Source of the DNA: Marsupella aquatica
Lineage: Eukaryota > Plantae > Marchantiophyta
DNA: 64,000 nucleotides
Direction of reading: 5' to 3'
Assembly (NCBI GenBank): GCA_973895155.1
Contig: OZ316896.1
Span: 1,054,001 to 1,118,000 of the forward strand
Part shown: one piece after another, positions 1 through 12,968 of the stretch
Layout of the letters: each line of letters starts with the position of its first letter
Numbering within the stretch: the first letter of the stretch is position 1
The notes under the pieces: generated by a model
The model's database searches: none
Told to the model about the DNA's origin: nothing
What the model saw: the letters and a program-made list of their open reading frames with translations, nothing else
Made by a program: the position numbers and the translations under genes

Positions 1-181
1 CTGCATCCGATCTGCCCAATGAGTTAACTCAGCTGAAGGGCTCATCGCCGAAGAGACAATCACGTGGCGACGACTAGGACAATTCCTTGAACGATGCCTG
101 CAAACCTCTCCAACCCACCAGCCCCCTCTGATTCGCAAACCTCTCTGGGATGAAATTTTCCACAGTTTCGAGCATTGACGA

Positions 182-362
182 TGTGGGTCTGCAGCAAAGG
201 AAAGCTCTAAGTCTTTTGTATGGGTCTGCAGGAAAGAAAAGCTCCAAGTCTTTTGTATGGGTCTGCAGGAAAGAAAAGCTCTAAGTCTTTTGTATGGGTC
301 TGCAGGAAAGGAAAGCTCTGAGTCTTTTGTTTGGGTCTGCAGGAAAGGAAAGGTCTGAGTCT
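182..362. repeat. Tandem repeat, ~37-bp unit x ~5
   Basis: TGGGTCTGCAGGAAAG(A/G)AAAGCTCTAAGTCTTTTGTA recurs at 37-bp spacing (184, 221, 258, 295, 332). Confidence 0.9.
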
Positions 363-699
363 TGTTGGATGTAATTTTCCACATTTTCTGTCTGTAGGGG
401 TGTCCGTCTCGTCAATCTCGTGTGGCACTAAGTCTTTCAAGAAACATTCAGTTGTTGACCACTCCTGTAGCTGGTGAGAATTATTTCGGACGCCAGTGGC
501 ATTTTTTATTTACGAACAGGCGATAGTAAAAAAGTAGAATCTGAAGCCGCAATGGTCCACAAGGTTGGTATTTGAAACCCCCATAGATCACATTTCCCAA
601 AATTTTAGTTTATTTGGAACAACTTCATTGTCTTGAACTGAAATGGGGAGGAAAAACTATCAGACTCCCCCATCCCAACGTGACAGTTTTTCTCTAGGT

Positions 700-965
700 A
701 ACCCAGACCAGGGTGAGCCTTTTTGTAACCCAGACCAGGGTGAGCCTTTTTGTAGGGAACCCAGACCAGGGTGAACCCCCACGGGAACAACTTTATTGTC
801 ATATAATCAAATAATTGTTAGTTTTGGGTATATACTAGAGGAGCCCCCACGGGAACAACTTTATTGTCATATAATCAAATAATTGTTAGTTTTGGGTATA
901 TACTAGAGGAGTAGGTAAGTTACATTTCATTGTTAAATAATTATTAGTTTTGGGTATATACTAAC
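700..965. repeat. Compound tandem repeats (~27-bp x3 followed by ~68-bp x2-3)
   Basis: ACCCAGACCAGGGTGAGCCTTTTTGTA x3, then CCCCACGGGAACAACTTTATTGTCATATAATCAAATAATTGTTAGTTTTGGGTATATACTAGAGGAG at 777 and 845 plus a partial third copy. Confidence 0.85.
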
Positions 966-1242
966 GGAGTAGGTAAGCTCCACTTCATTAAAAAAAGTTA
1001 AAATAAAATTTTGTCAATTTTAGTTGACATTTCATTAGAAAAAATTAAAGTGATTTTTTGGCCATTTTGGTTGATTTCTTCATCAAAACATGAAGAGGGG
1101 TAATATGATGAGGGGTAAATTCTATTTAATTAATTTTTATTGTGTTAGTATGAAATATTGGCCATTTTGGTTGACTTCTTCATCAAAACATGAAGAGGAG
1201 TAAATTTTATTAGATTATTTTTTATTGTGTTAGTATGAAAAG

Positions 1243-1313
1243 CCCCATCTTATTATAAAGTGCCAACTTATATCTACTTTTAAGAGCCTAGATCTAGAGT
1301 GAAGTCTCTAGAC
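1243..1313. repeat. Dispersed repeat fragment; inverted copy at ~55000-55075
   Basis: CCATCTTATTATAAAGTGCCAACTTATATCTACTTTTAAGAGCCTAGATCTAGAGTGAAGTCTCTAGAC aligns to the reverse complement of 55000-55073. Confidence 0.7.
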
Positions 1314-4300
1314 AATAACTCTATGGTCATCATGTGCATGGGAAAAATTTGTGACATATGCATGAGAAAAATTGGTGACATGAGTATGATGTATGTCAAC
1401 TGATACATGAAATTTTTTTGTGATAATTTTTAAATATTTACATTAAAAAAATATGACACTATGGCCCCACCACAGCATAGTGCATAGAAGAGGGATGTGC
1501 ATACAAAAAGAGTGACGTGCACATAAAGGAGAATGGTATGTTACATATGACTATTAAAATGATAATTTTTTTTATCATTTCATTAACTTTCAAAGAATAT
1601 AAATAGATAATATATTTTGATAATATATTTATTGTTCTCTCCGCTATTCACTTTCAAAGAACGAGTAATCAGGGCTAGTATATTGTAATGCCTTCAAAGT
1701 CACCCTTCGTGATTGCTCCATAGAGTGACAGTCATCATGTCTTTAGAAATTGGTCAATCCAATTATGGCTCAAGGTATCTTCTGCTTATTTTTCCCCTGC
1801 TTTTTCTTCGTAGCATTTGCCAGTAGTAGGGGTAGATAAGATTTTTCCTAAAATCACGTACTGAAGAATCGCTGGTGCTGTTCCTCCTTTCTAAAGGTGA
1901 ATTGTAACTGTGTCGATCTGATTCCTTCGGAGATGCCTCCGGTATGGGGCCTATGTTCGTTGCAGTTTTCTTTTATTATTTGAAGAGTTTATGCTTGCAA
2001 GTTTTCTCTCTTTTGAAGGGCACCGTATCTTCTGAAGATTCCACTATTACCATTCTGACTTAACCTCTCTACATTTATATTCCACAGCACACAAAACTCT
2101 TTTCAAGTTGAGAAAAAAAAGTACGAATGGTTACTACTGTAGGTTTTCAAGTGCTGCAATTTTTCTACCAACTGAATGATTGGGATTGGGAGGGTGAGTG
2201 GAATGTGGACATTGGCACCACCGTAGTGGCAATAAGTTCGCGCAAATTTTCTTAAAATATATTAAACCACAAAAATGGGACGTTGCAATGAGTGGGCTGA
2301 AAAAACATGCAGGCAGTTTTGGGAAACGGGAAGGAATTTATTCCTGACACTACAGTCTGAAAAACTCAAACTGCCCCAGTCAATGGTGTTTTCTGTTGAA
2401 ATAGATGGGAAACACATGTTGTGCTAATTAACAGCAAAACACTACAAAAGATGGACTGAAAACAAAAATTTGGTTGGAAATTTTTTAATGACCACCCACT
2501 AAAGTAGAGGAAAGTATGCAAGCAAGTAATATAACTTTTTGCTATAAAGAATAGCAGACCAAGTCCCCACTATGGTACCCAGAGTTCTCTCAGCCTGGTG
2601 CAATTTTGAGATGCACATTTGGAGAGCAGCAATTTCCAGAGATCAATTGCAGAGCAGGCATGAGAACAGTAAGTTTTTTCCAGAACCCTTAGGAGAAAAT
2701 ATTGCTGACAAAGAATCTTCCAAGCAACATTGACAGAGAATAGGGAGTGTCAAAACAGTGCCATAAAGGAGATAGGGGCAAGGACTTAAAACTCTTTTAT
2801 GGCCAGGGCATAACTCCTAACAGGCTACCTAAAATACATGCCCCAGAAAAATCCTATATTCCAAAAGTTGTCTTATGGCTGTACTTTGATACACCCTAAT
2901 CAGATAATGAGATATTATTCTTTTTTTTTCTACAATGGAGATAGGGAAATCACCATATTTGAGCAGTTTCAGTGGTCCGCTATTGGGCCTGGCTGTGAGC
3001 AAATTTAACAGGACCGGTTTGCTGGCCCATTTTGAAAACACCAACCATGTCCCGGTCTATGCACCCCAATGTTGTGGCCTGACATTTTTTCATCCCAAGG
3101 CGTATTGCCCACCTCCACAAGCTAGCAGGACAAAGCACGCCAAGACTGAACAACAACTGCAATCAGCCTAGCTCTCACTTTCGACAAACACTATTGTGGC
3201 AAGAGCACTTGATGCTTCGGCTCCTCTTGTGATTCAAACAATGGCTGACCATTCTCGGTGAGTGTGAAAGGCGGGACAGGTGGGAACCAAAGTCCCATCG
3301 AAGAACCCGGATGTGCGGGCACCTCACTGGTTTGCTGAATCTCCCCAATGAATGGTGGGGCTGTTTGGTGTGCACCCAAGGTAGGGCTCTTAGAGTATCC
3401 CCACCTGTAGTGGGGAATGCTTGGCTTTACCGAGACTAGGCTGTAATCAATTACCAGAAATTGAAAAAAACCTGACCGGCAGTAATCCGGAAGATTTTCC
3501 AAGTGTTCTGGGAATAGGATTCAGACTAGAACCTCAACCCAGACCGTCCTTATAGTACCTAAATATGGTACAGACAAAAGTTAATACTGGTGACTTCCCG
3601 GCAGGAGACCATGGAAATAACAGGGACCTCCAGAAATGGTTACACACAAATGGTTACATATAGGTAACCTTCATTCTGACCTCCAGAAATGGTGACACAT
3701 AGGTAACCTTCATTCTGTGCCAAATTGACAAATGGTGGGGAAGCCCTTACTTCATTTGCTACCTGCCCACTTCAAAGGCCTGCATTCAAATCTCTTCTCT
3801 GATTGAGCGGATGCCCCATCTCCACACCAAAAACAATCTCCACCAAGTTGATTCCAGCAGATTAAGAATTGTCATCATAATCACTCAACGACGCCGGCAA
3901 TGGAAGTGGGCACTGTCTTCCTCTGCAACATGAGGTCACCAATCTCACCAGGGAATCCATTGCGTTGGTTCTTCCAGCATTGACATTCTTGCGAGGGTGT
4001 CTGATGACGTCGTGGTGATTAACATAAGTACAGCTTGTACCCAGCAGTATTTGGCTGTTTGGACGTCCGAATTGTGTCAGTTTTGTTCTCGAGAACTGTA
4101 GAGCATTACTGTAGAAGCGCGTAGTACAAAACAACAAACGGAGGACATATGTGAGGACAAATGTGAGGACAAAATGTGAGGACAAAATGTGAGGTCGTGT
4201 TTCTAGAGTTCCTTCTCGTCGGCTTCATTCTTCTCCTGTAGGATTGGAGGACAAGCAAATTCCGAGAGAAAGTGCGTCCCAGCAACATTGCACAGTATAG

Positions 4301-6525
4301 GAGTGGTGACGGGCGGTGATGTCATAACTGAACTCGCATCGTAGAGATTTTAGCGCGTCTGTTGTCTGCGACTCGACCACACTCAGCAAAGTACAATGCC
4401 GCGGATTGGCCTTTTTCTCTTTCTTCTGTCAGCTTTTTTGGGCCCTTTTTTCCCCGTAATCTGGAGCTGAGACCGAAGTACTGACAGGATGATGAACACG
4501 CTCTCGTTCACAGCAACGGATCTACCCGTAAAGCGATCGAAAGATAGCATAATGCACCACCGTCCTCTATATTTGCCTTGAAACATCCTTTCGAGGCAGG
4601 CGCGAAATTTCTAAAGCTTTTTCTTTCTCGCCATGGCCGAATGCTAAAGAGTATATGCTACGAATATTCTCCGGCTAAATTTATTACATTGGAAATTGTG
4701 ATTGGATCTCCCTAGATTTAAGGATGACCATGGGATTCTGGCTATTGAGATCAAGATCTGTGGCTAGATGAGAAACTGGCTAATTAATGGAATAATGGGA
4801 AACTTCATAGAAAGGTGGAATCTAACAAAATTTTGCCACTACAAACAATGCTGGTAGAGTGAGTAGACATGCACCACCGTCCTCCAAATTGGCATAGAGG
4901 AGCATCACTCTTTGTTCATCACATAGAGGAGCATCAGTCTTTGTTTGTGTACCTCCTCCTTAACCACAAGTTCCCTTATAAAAGGAGAAGTGTCCAATAT
5001 TTTTCACTTTTCACATTTATCTCTTTTAGGGTGAGACTTTGCTCCACAATTTTAGGAGAATGATACTAAAAATGGTGAAACCTTGTGGATTTTGTCATGG
5101 ACAGTAGCGCTCTAACCACAAGTTCCCATATAAAGTGCTATTAGGTAAATGGTGAGTACCATCCTGCCCCGTTTTGGGCTCCATCCCGCCCCATTTTGGG
5201 CTCCATCCCCAACCATGGGAGTCCCCAACCAGTCTTCACTGTAGGTCCTTATTCTAGCTTTCAACTGCACTTTAATTACAGTAGATAGATGGGTAACTTG
5301 TGGTACTCATTTCATGTATACAATTGTATGTAAGGATAATCAAACATTACAATGATATAATCTTACATGATATATCCATGATATATATCAAACTGCCAAC
5401 AGAGCAAAAATAATGAGATGACAATGATTCAAAATCTAGTTTGGTGACCTGGAAAGCCTGAACTGTTTTCAATTGAATAATGGTCCTTAAAGATCGCGGC
5501 CCCTGTTATAGTGGGAGCTGCGGTTTAATCATTGCCAACCTTTCTGGGTCTCATTATGGGTTTCACACCACAACACAACGTCCACTACCCACAATTTGAT
5601 AGCTGTCGTTAAATCTAGGGAAATATAAGGGTGAGGAATAAATGTAGGAATTTTATGGAAGGAACCCCACACAGGGTCTATTCTCCACAATTTGACAGCT
5701 CTCCTTACATGTAGGTAGATGTACTGGTCAAAAATACATCTATGAAATTTATGTTAGGACTATTCTTAGGATCTCCATTGGCCACCCCATGAAATTTTAA
5801 AAATCCTTAAAGATTACCCTAATCATCATAGCGTACATCAAGGTCATCTACTGGACTGGATTGTAGCTGACACTGGATGAAGGGCTCCCTCCTCTATCAT
5901 TGGTATACCATAGTGCCATACTAGTGGTTCGAGCAATAAGTATCTAATAACTTAAAAACTTAATTGGGGTCCTTCGACAACAAGAGCTTAATTGTGGACT
6001 GTTCTCACTGTATTTGAAGTTGCATTTTCAATGCAAATCCATCCATCCTAGCTGCCATTGGAGTACCCAACATTGGGGAAATACCCAACGAATCCTATAC
6101 TTTGAGGGCGAGTGAATTAAACCACAGGGAGAGAGAGAGGATTAAACCAGGGTCACAAAGGTGTCAACTAGCGACAGGAGATAATGAAAATCTGAACTTA
6201 CAATATTATACCTCCACTAGCTTCATCTTACATTCAATATATGAGGATAGAAGGATGTCATGCCTACGTACTACAGTAGAGATTCTGTTTTGGGGAATTG
6301 GATCCAACCCAGTTACATTAGCACCTTTTGGCATCACTGTTTCTTTCCTTGTGTCAATGTTTTCTGAACTGTTTGAATATTTATTTTTTTGGACATTTGC
6401 AAGGAAGTCAGCATGACCAGTAAGTCAACATCAATGTGAAGCTCAGTCCATTATGGAAATCACCAGTGAATTACTTTCTCTTTTTCTTCATATTGACAAA
6501 AACCGTTAGCCATATCGTATATTGA

Positions 6526-7380
6526 TCAGACAGTTATTTGCTCTCGCTTCATACTTTCAATTTCGAACCTCTCAATCAAGCTGATGAGATGCACCACTGC
6601 TCGCCTTTCTCTCCACTTTCTTTCTGCACTGCCAGGCAACGAGCTGCCCAAGTCGGAGATGTTGCTATTCGCTTTGCAAAGCTCGAAGCCCAAAACCTCC
6701 TTCGCATCCTGCGATTGTTTTGAAAGGCATTCGTGAGTGTGGATATTTCCTGACATTCAAGATCCAGGTTTCCACGTTTTTGTTACAGTGCTATTCTCTA
6801 TAGAACAAAGTTGTCAGAATTTACCCATGGCAGACCAGTAATTTGGTAGCGTGCTCTCTCTACCAACGAATCGATACAACTACAGATTATTAGTTTCAAA
6901 CAGTGAACGAGTAGTTTGTATCCCTGCGAAGAGACAACACACGGAATAGAGCTCCATGCAATGAACGGATTCGAACTGGAAGATTCTGCTCTGCCCTCAG
7001 AGCAGCACCACGAGACATTGGAAGATATTATTATAGGGTCGCTGAACAGCTCAGGGCAATCGCCAAGTCCCTCGAAGCATCAGGGACAGAACTAATCGAG
7101 ACAAGACATACAATTTTCCCTGTGCGCTCCGTGAGCTCCACACTGGACTGGCATGGGCTGACCTTGGGAACAACTATTTTTAGTGGTCATGGGTTTATCC
7201 GCACATCTCTTTTTTCCAGGTTGTACCTAGTTTCCACTCCTATCTGGCAACTGATATGGTTGCCTGCAACATACGGTGTATTTATTGACGATTGACACTC
7301 ATGCCAAAGTGCTGAAATCGGGCACGAGCTCACGCTCCATGCAATTTGAGTGACACGCGATCGAGGGTAGAAGCACACGA
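6526..7380 (-). pseudogene. Possible decayed ribonuclease-inhibitor-type LRR gene fragment (TORNADO1-like)
   Basis: Minus-strand frames broken by stops give LRR-like segments: YNLEKRDV, SRDLAIALSCSATL, GNLDLECQEISTLTNAFQNNRRMRR. Motif impression only. Confidence 0.25.
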
Positions 7381-8119
7381 ATAGTGAGACTATGTGAACA
7401 CCGCTTTCATGTCCACAGTTTCGCTTTCACCAAATGGCGGAGTTAAGCAGAGTCAGGATGCGCGCAAGCGGCCTTTCAACTGCGACCATACTCAATCGTC
7501 GTAACGGGCAGAAGCACACGTGAGCTGTCTCCAAAACGCACATCTAAGTTGGGCAAGAGAATTCCCGTGATTGTTACGGAAGTTGGAATAGCAGTTACAG
7601 AAACAATTGAACGCAACGTCAATCATTCACACTGGTTGCCTATAGAGGCTGGCAAGGTGACGGCAGCCGGGACCTGCTCTGAAGTGTATTGGAAGGCCCC
7701 TGTGGTGCTTTACCAAACCCAGCGAAAATTGAGGGGCTCACGTCAAGCGGCCGGAGTGTCTTCACCAGTGTGCCTTAATCTCATCACTAAACGGCCAGGA
7801 ACGCGGTAGATGGAAATCCACAAAGTCGCCTTGGTCACGTCTCTGACCCCTTCGTGCCAATTGGGAAGGACCCTGTCAAGGGTCGGAGCAGTTGTTGGTC
7901 ACGACACTGGACCACGACTCGCCGAAAAGCTAAAGAAACAGTACCAAAACGCGTTGTACAGGCAGCGCAAACACTTGGTCACTCAGAAAGTGGAAAGTGC
8001 AGGAACGAAGCCCCACGTCAAGAAGTTAAAAACCGTTGCTCACGGCTAGGACAGTAAAGCGCCGAAATGCAGGCAAACCACAAAAAGTGAAAATAACGGG
8101 GACAGTACTGTGACGTTCC

Positions 8120-8408
8120 AGATAAACAAAGAGGCCTATACCTTCACACATGCGATTTCAAAATTGCTTCAATCTCAAGGTGCAGAAAACCCTTGTAATT
8201 AAGAGGAGTTTGGGAGGACAGTGAAGCCCCCAACGGCAGGCAAACTAGGAGAAGTGAATATAATGGGACAGCAATGTGACACATCTTATTGAGAGTTCCG
8301 GATAAACACAGAGGGGTATACCTTCGCACATGCGATTTCACGCTAGTTCAAAATTGCTTCAAGCTTGTCAAGGTGCAGAAAACCCTTGTAATTAAGAGGA
8401 GTTTGGGA
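8120..8408. repeat. Direct repeat, ~95-105 bp x2
   Basis: GATAAACA.AGAGG..TATACCTTC.CACATGCGATTTCA...AAGGTGCAGAAAACCCTTGTAATTAAGAGGAGTTTGGGA at ~8120 and ~8301. Confidence 0.85.
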
Positions 8409-9260
8409 AAGACACTAATCCACGCGAACCCAGCGCACAATGAATGTATTTCGGAACTGGAATATGAAAGGGTCGCTTTGGTGGAACCATGAGCCAAAAA
8501 TAAACCAGACAGCAGAAAATTTGAGCAGTCGCTGAGACGCTCGCTCTGCCGTCAGTCAACCCTACTCTCAAGAACAGGTTTAACTACATTTGCTCCAATC
8601 CTACAAACTAGCACTACTGAAGTCTAAGGCTAACTCTTGTGTACGGGAAAACATATGTGTACCACATCACCTCATGCAACGGTATCTACAAAGCATCGGA
8701 GTGTGTTCATGAACATCAACGAGCGGCTCCTCCTTTGATAGGACCAACCGTCGGTCGCCCTCCATGCTCCAGCGCGTGTATCGGAGATGGATCCTCTAAG
8801 AAAGGTCGATGTGCAACGAACTGAAAATCTCCACCCAAATACTTGATGTCCGTATCATTCCAGGGCTAACGACTGAACAGAATGGTTTTCCAACTCTACA
8901 TTGGATTCAGGTCGCATTTTCTACGCAGCTTTACTGGATGTTCCCTGTCAATCAGGCGACGTTCGATCGTTGACGGCAGGGGAAGCCCAAAGAAGGGAAA
9001 TGTAACATGTACACAGCACCTACGCGGGGACGAGAATTGTTCAATTCTACTGACTACTTCGGAACTGAGTTGGAGAACGGAAAACACACGAACTTGGAAC
9101 CAGAAACTCCGCGAGTTTCTGGTCTATGACAACTGGCCGACCAAATTCCTCCAGCTTTCGTTCCGTGAAGTCGTCGTAGCCCGTGGAGAGAGGAGTAAAT
9201 GTACAGCAGTCCCGCTACTCCTGAAAGTTGGAACGAAGCCTCGTCTTTTGCAGCCCCCTA

Positions 9261-9944
9261 TTAATGGAAAGCATTAGACGACATCAACTCCTTGAACTCC
9301 TGAAAGTCCACCTTCCCATTACCGTCCGCATCGACTCCCTTGATCATCTGCTGACACTTCTTATAACTATGTCCTTCTTTCATGCCCAGGCTCTTCAACA
9401 CCATCTGCAATTCCTCCACGCTGATGAATCCGTCATTGTTCTTGTCGAAGACTCCGAAAGCGGACAGGAGATGCTTCTCGTGTTCCTCCTCTTGAGCCTG
9501 TTCATCCGAAGCCTGATCCTCGCCAGAGAGGGACGAGTAAAGTTTATAAAACTCATCAAAGCCCACAGACCCATTGCAATCCTCGTCGACAGCCGTCACC
9601 AAGGCTTTCACCTCCTTGTCCGACATGGAAAATCCAAGTCTCTTCATGAACGTTTTCAATTCGTCAGAGCATATCTCGCCATCATTATTCACATCGAATT
9701 GCTCGAACACCTTCTTCATCTCCGCAGCGGTGGGAACGTGGCTCCTCGTTCTAGACAGGGAAGTCTTGCCACTCTCCTCACCCCCTCCTCTCGCCAACGA
9801 CGACCCATTACTCCTCGTGACGGCCGATGGTTTGGAACCACCGCCGCCCGCACTCGGATTCGACTCTGCAACTGACACAATTGAACTCTGCAACCACTTC
9901 TTATCGAGCAGATTGAAGGGAAACATCCTCTGTATGTGATCCAT
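9261..9944 (-). CDS. CML: Calmodulin-like (CML) calcium-binding protein, 4 EF-hands, intronless, ~227 aa
   Basis: Four canonical EF loops: DVNNDGEICSDE, DEDCNGSVGFDE, DKNNDGFISVEE, DADGNGKVDFQE. Ser/Gly-rich N-terminal extension. First in-frame ATG at 9944 (the track's 9995 start is TTG). Stop TAA at 9261-9263. Confidence 0.95.
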   Translation of the reverse strand: MDHIQRMFPFNLLDKKWLQSSIVSVAESNPSAGGGGSKPSAVTRSNGSSLARGGGEESGKTSLSRTRSHVPTAAEMKKVFEQFDVNNDGEICSDELKTFMKRLGFSMSDKEVKALVTAVDEDCNGSVGFDEFYKLYSSLSGEDQASDEQAQEEEHEKHLLSAFGVFDKNNDGFISVEELQMVLKSLGMKEGHSYKKCQQMIKGVDADGNGKVDFQEFKELMSSNAFH

Positions 9945-10289
9945 CTCGCCTATCGATGTACCTACGCTAAAGCTCCTACCTCCACGCAGATACAACCTCC
10001 TCTCCTGAAAAAATGTTCTCCTGAACTTCAGGGCACAACCATGGATTGTAGCAGCTCAACTATAAACTACTCCAGATTGCTCAATGCTCAACCTACACAG
10101 ATACGCATCGCAGGAGGACAATTACAATGGCCACAGCCAACTGGTAGATGGGGGAGACAAAACTCGAACCACGCACCGGAGAATCACAGCTCCATCCTCA
10201 TCACCACAGTCGAGCTCTCAGCACTGAGCAGAGCAGACAATAGAGGGATTGGGGCAGCGACAACTTTCAGGGGGCGCAAGGCTGCTTGC

Positions 10290-10363
10290 TTTTATAGCGC
10301 GGCAGTTTCCGTGTGGAGAATTGACGCGGAGTTGCATCTAATGTATTAAATATATGTACGCGG
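10290..10363 (-). promoter_or_regulatory. CML core promoter: TATA box plus clustered CGCG/CGTG (CAMTA-type) boxes
   Basis: TATAAAA on the minus strand at 10290-10296. GCGCGG 10297-10302, CCGTGT 10309-10314, ACGCGG 10324-10329 and ACGCGG 10358-10363. Confidence 0.65.
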
Positions 10364-12817
10364 CCGATAGCGTAGGCTTTTCGGCGTCGGAGCCTCTCAA
10401 ACCGAAAATGGGTTTTTGTAGTCCATGCAAAATCGAGAAAGTGTCCTGCTAATTGCACATTTAATTGCACATTTAATTGCGCATCAAATTGTAGCAACTG
10501 AATAGCTACAAGGAGCAACAAAATGTAGCCACTGGATAGTTACAAGGAGCAACACTCACTACCATACAAAGAATCATAGGGTTTATCATAGTATGAAAAA
10601 CCTAATCCACATATGGCTCCTGCACATTAATGCCGCAACCTTAAACTTAAAAGGAACAATGCTCAATAATATAAAAGAACAAGCAGGTTTATCATAGTCA
10701 TATCCTTTTTCCAGGATGAGCATGCTATATTGGTGAATCCCTATTCCAGTATTCAAACTTCTTTTCTTGTGTATTTTAATTCAATGTGTCTTACCAAGGT
10801 GTATCCCTTGTATACCTGTAGATTTTGAATTTAATCTGGCACCCCTCTAAATTTTTCAATCTTTGATATACTTTTGATCATCCACCCTTTAACAAAGGGT
10901 ACTTAAGTTCTAGCCCTTATTCTGATGAGTGACGAAGAAATGATCTAACTAAAGTACACTCCTCATGTCTTTAAGTTCTATTCATAGTTTTGTGTCCTAA
11001 ATTTATGGTTTTAATTCATTTGAGTATCAACCTAAGATAAATACATAAATATCTTTACTGGTATATAGTATGTGCAGAACCAAATACCATAGACTTAAAT
11101 TTTTCCTGTTCATTATTACTTTTGTTTATGTGTACTTTTACTCTTGTACTTTATGTGCACAACTTTTCAATGTAATGCTTCTTAATCAATGTCTTATTTA
11201 TATTTGTCACAAAAAAATTAGATCACCTGTATTTCACTAAAAAATTTAAACTTTTTGCTAGAGGACAAAATAATTTTTCATGTTCCAGGATGAGTATGCT
11301 ATATGCTATATCATAGTATGAAAAAATTGATTCACCAGATGGGCGATTGCACTTCAAAATGTTGCAACTCTATACTTAAAAACTAACAACACTCAGTGAT
11401 ATAAAAGAATATTGTGTTTGTCATAGCATGGAAATTCCATTCAACCGATGGACTATTGTCGCATAGCAGAGTACTTTTTGATGTGCAATACTCATATGGC
11501 AAAAGTGAGTGTAAAGGAGACATGGGAAAGGGGGTTTGAATGTCTTCCTCTATATTTATGCTCAAAGAATGGGCGCTTGGGCTACTCTACCCAAACACAA
11601 CTATAAGATGCCTCCACCCTAGGGCGTCGTATCTTGCTAGGACGTATGCCCCTACCGAGGATCTAGTCTACACCTACATACTTTTGATGTTTCTATTTGA
11701 GAGATTTTTGTCTCTCTATTAGGTCCTGGTTCTTTCTCTCATCTATGTGGTTTCACGAACAGCTCAACACTTCCTATTTCTCAAGGCGTTTTTGGGTTAC
11801 GTCCATTGAGAGTCTAAGCCATGGAACTTGATTACCTTAACACTTAGCTACTCATAGCCTAGGGGCCAAGTGCATTTGGAACTCTGGTCCCGGCGTTTTA
11901 GAACAAACTTGGGACAAGCTACGCTAATTGGGCCATGGATATGTCCTCGGGTACGTGGGGGAGCATGGGCTGCACCAGAAGAGGGACTATTTTGGACGAA
12001 CAATGGGTGTTGGCTCTGGCTTTGGCTTATGGCAAGGCCACACAGGCCAGGGAGGACCTATTCGCTGACCTACTTACCAATGTTGTTGAGCTTGAGTTAG
12101 GATGCTAGCCTTGGAATGCCTAGATCTTTTGGGTTACTTACTGGAGTGCTTGGTTGCTTGCAAAGACAACGAGGACCTTTGAGAGACGATAGGGAGCAAG
12201 TGCAACTTCGTATGGGAGTGACCGCCAGGGGTGAAAGAGGCATCAAGTTGCTTGCTCAAGGAGTTTTGTGGAGGCGTTTGGGCACCAAAGACACTTAGGC
12301 GTGGGTGCTGGGATTGGTGAGGGCGCTGGGTGGCTAGGTCCACCACTGCATAGCACCCTTGGCACTTTTGGGTTCGTGGGCGGCCTGGTTCTCATTGTTG
12401 GCCAATCACTTCCTTGCTGTGGATCGGCCTTTCTTACTTTCATCTCATATGGAGGTTGAGGAGGGTTCCCTCTCATTTCAGGTTCATTTACGAGACGCAT
12501 GGTCCTTACTACCGGATCTTGTTACCTTCTTTTCATGAGTTTTTATTCTTGGACCCTCTCCGTCTTCAGGTTGACCTTGTTGAGTATATGCACACTTTCA
12601 TGCTCTCTAGCATACTCGCCGAGGCACCTGAAATGGACCAAGCTCAGATTCTTTCTTTCAGGAGGGAAAGGTGCTGGAGGGTGACTACCATCCCTCATCT
12701 GCAGATGTCTTCAAAGGAGTTCTCGACCGCCACTTCTTGTAAGTCTTTTCACCCTCTTCTTGTAAGTCTATTCACTTGATTCACATGTGGGAAACCTTGT
12801 GATGCTATAGGGGTCCC

Positions 12818-12968
12818 ACTTGCTAATTTAGTTAGGACATTGGATGTGGCCTATTAGCTCTTGTCACATTTTCCAATGTGGGCACTAGTCCTTGAGTCCA
12901 CTTGGTGATTTAGTTAGAACATTGGATGTGACCTATTAGCTCTTGTCACATTTTCCAATGTGGGCACT
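12818..12968. repeat. Direct repeat, ~82-bp unit x2
   Basis: CACTTG..ATTTAGTTAG.ACATTGGATGTG.CCTATTAGCTCTTGTCACATTTTCCAATGTGGGCACTA occurs twice. Confidence 0.85.

Noticed and set aside
2830-4300. Decayed transposase (KQPNTAGYKLYLC resembles piggyBac KPxKxGxK)
   Set aside because: A single short motif amid many stops; no TTAA/TIR ends or catalytic DDD context found.
9228-9939. Plus-strand ORFs of 215 and 121 aa
   Set aside because: Antisense shadows of the CML coding sequence.
11500-12800. Degenerate retroelement/LTR
   Set aside because: It looks repeat-derived, but I found no gag/pol motif, PBS, paired LTR or TSD.
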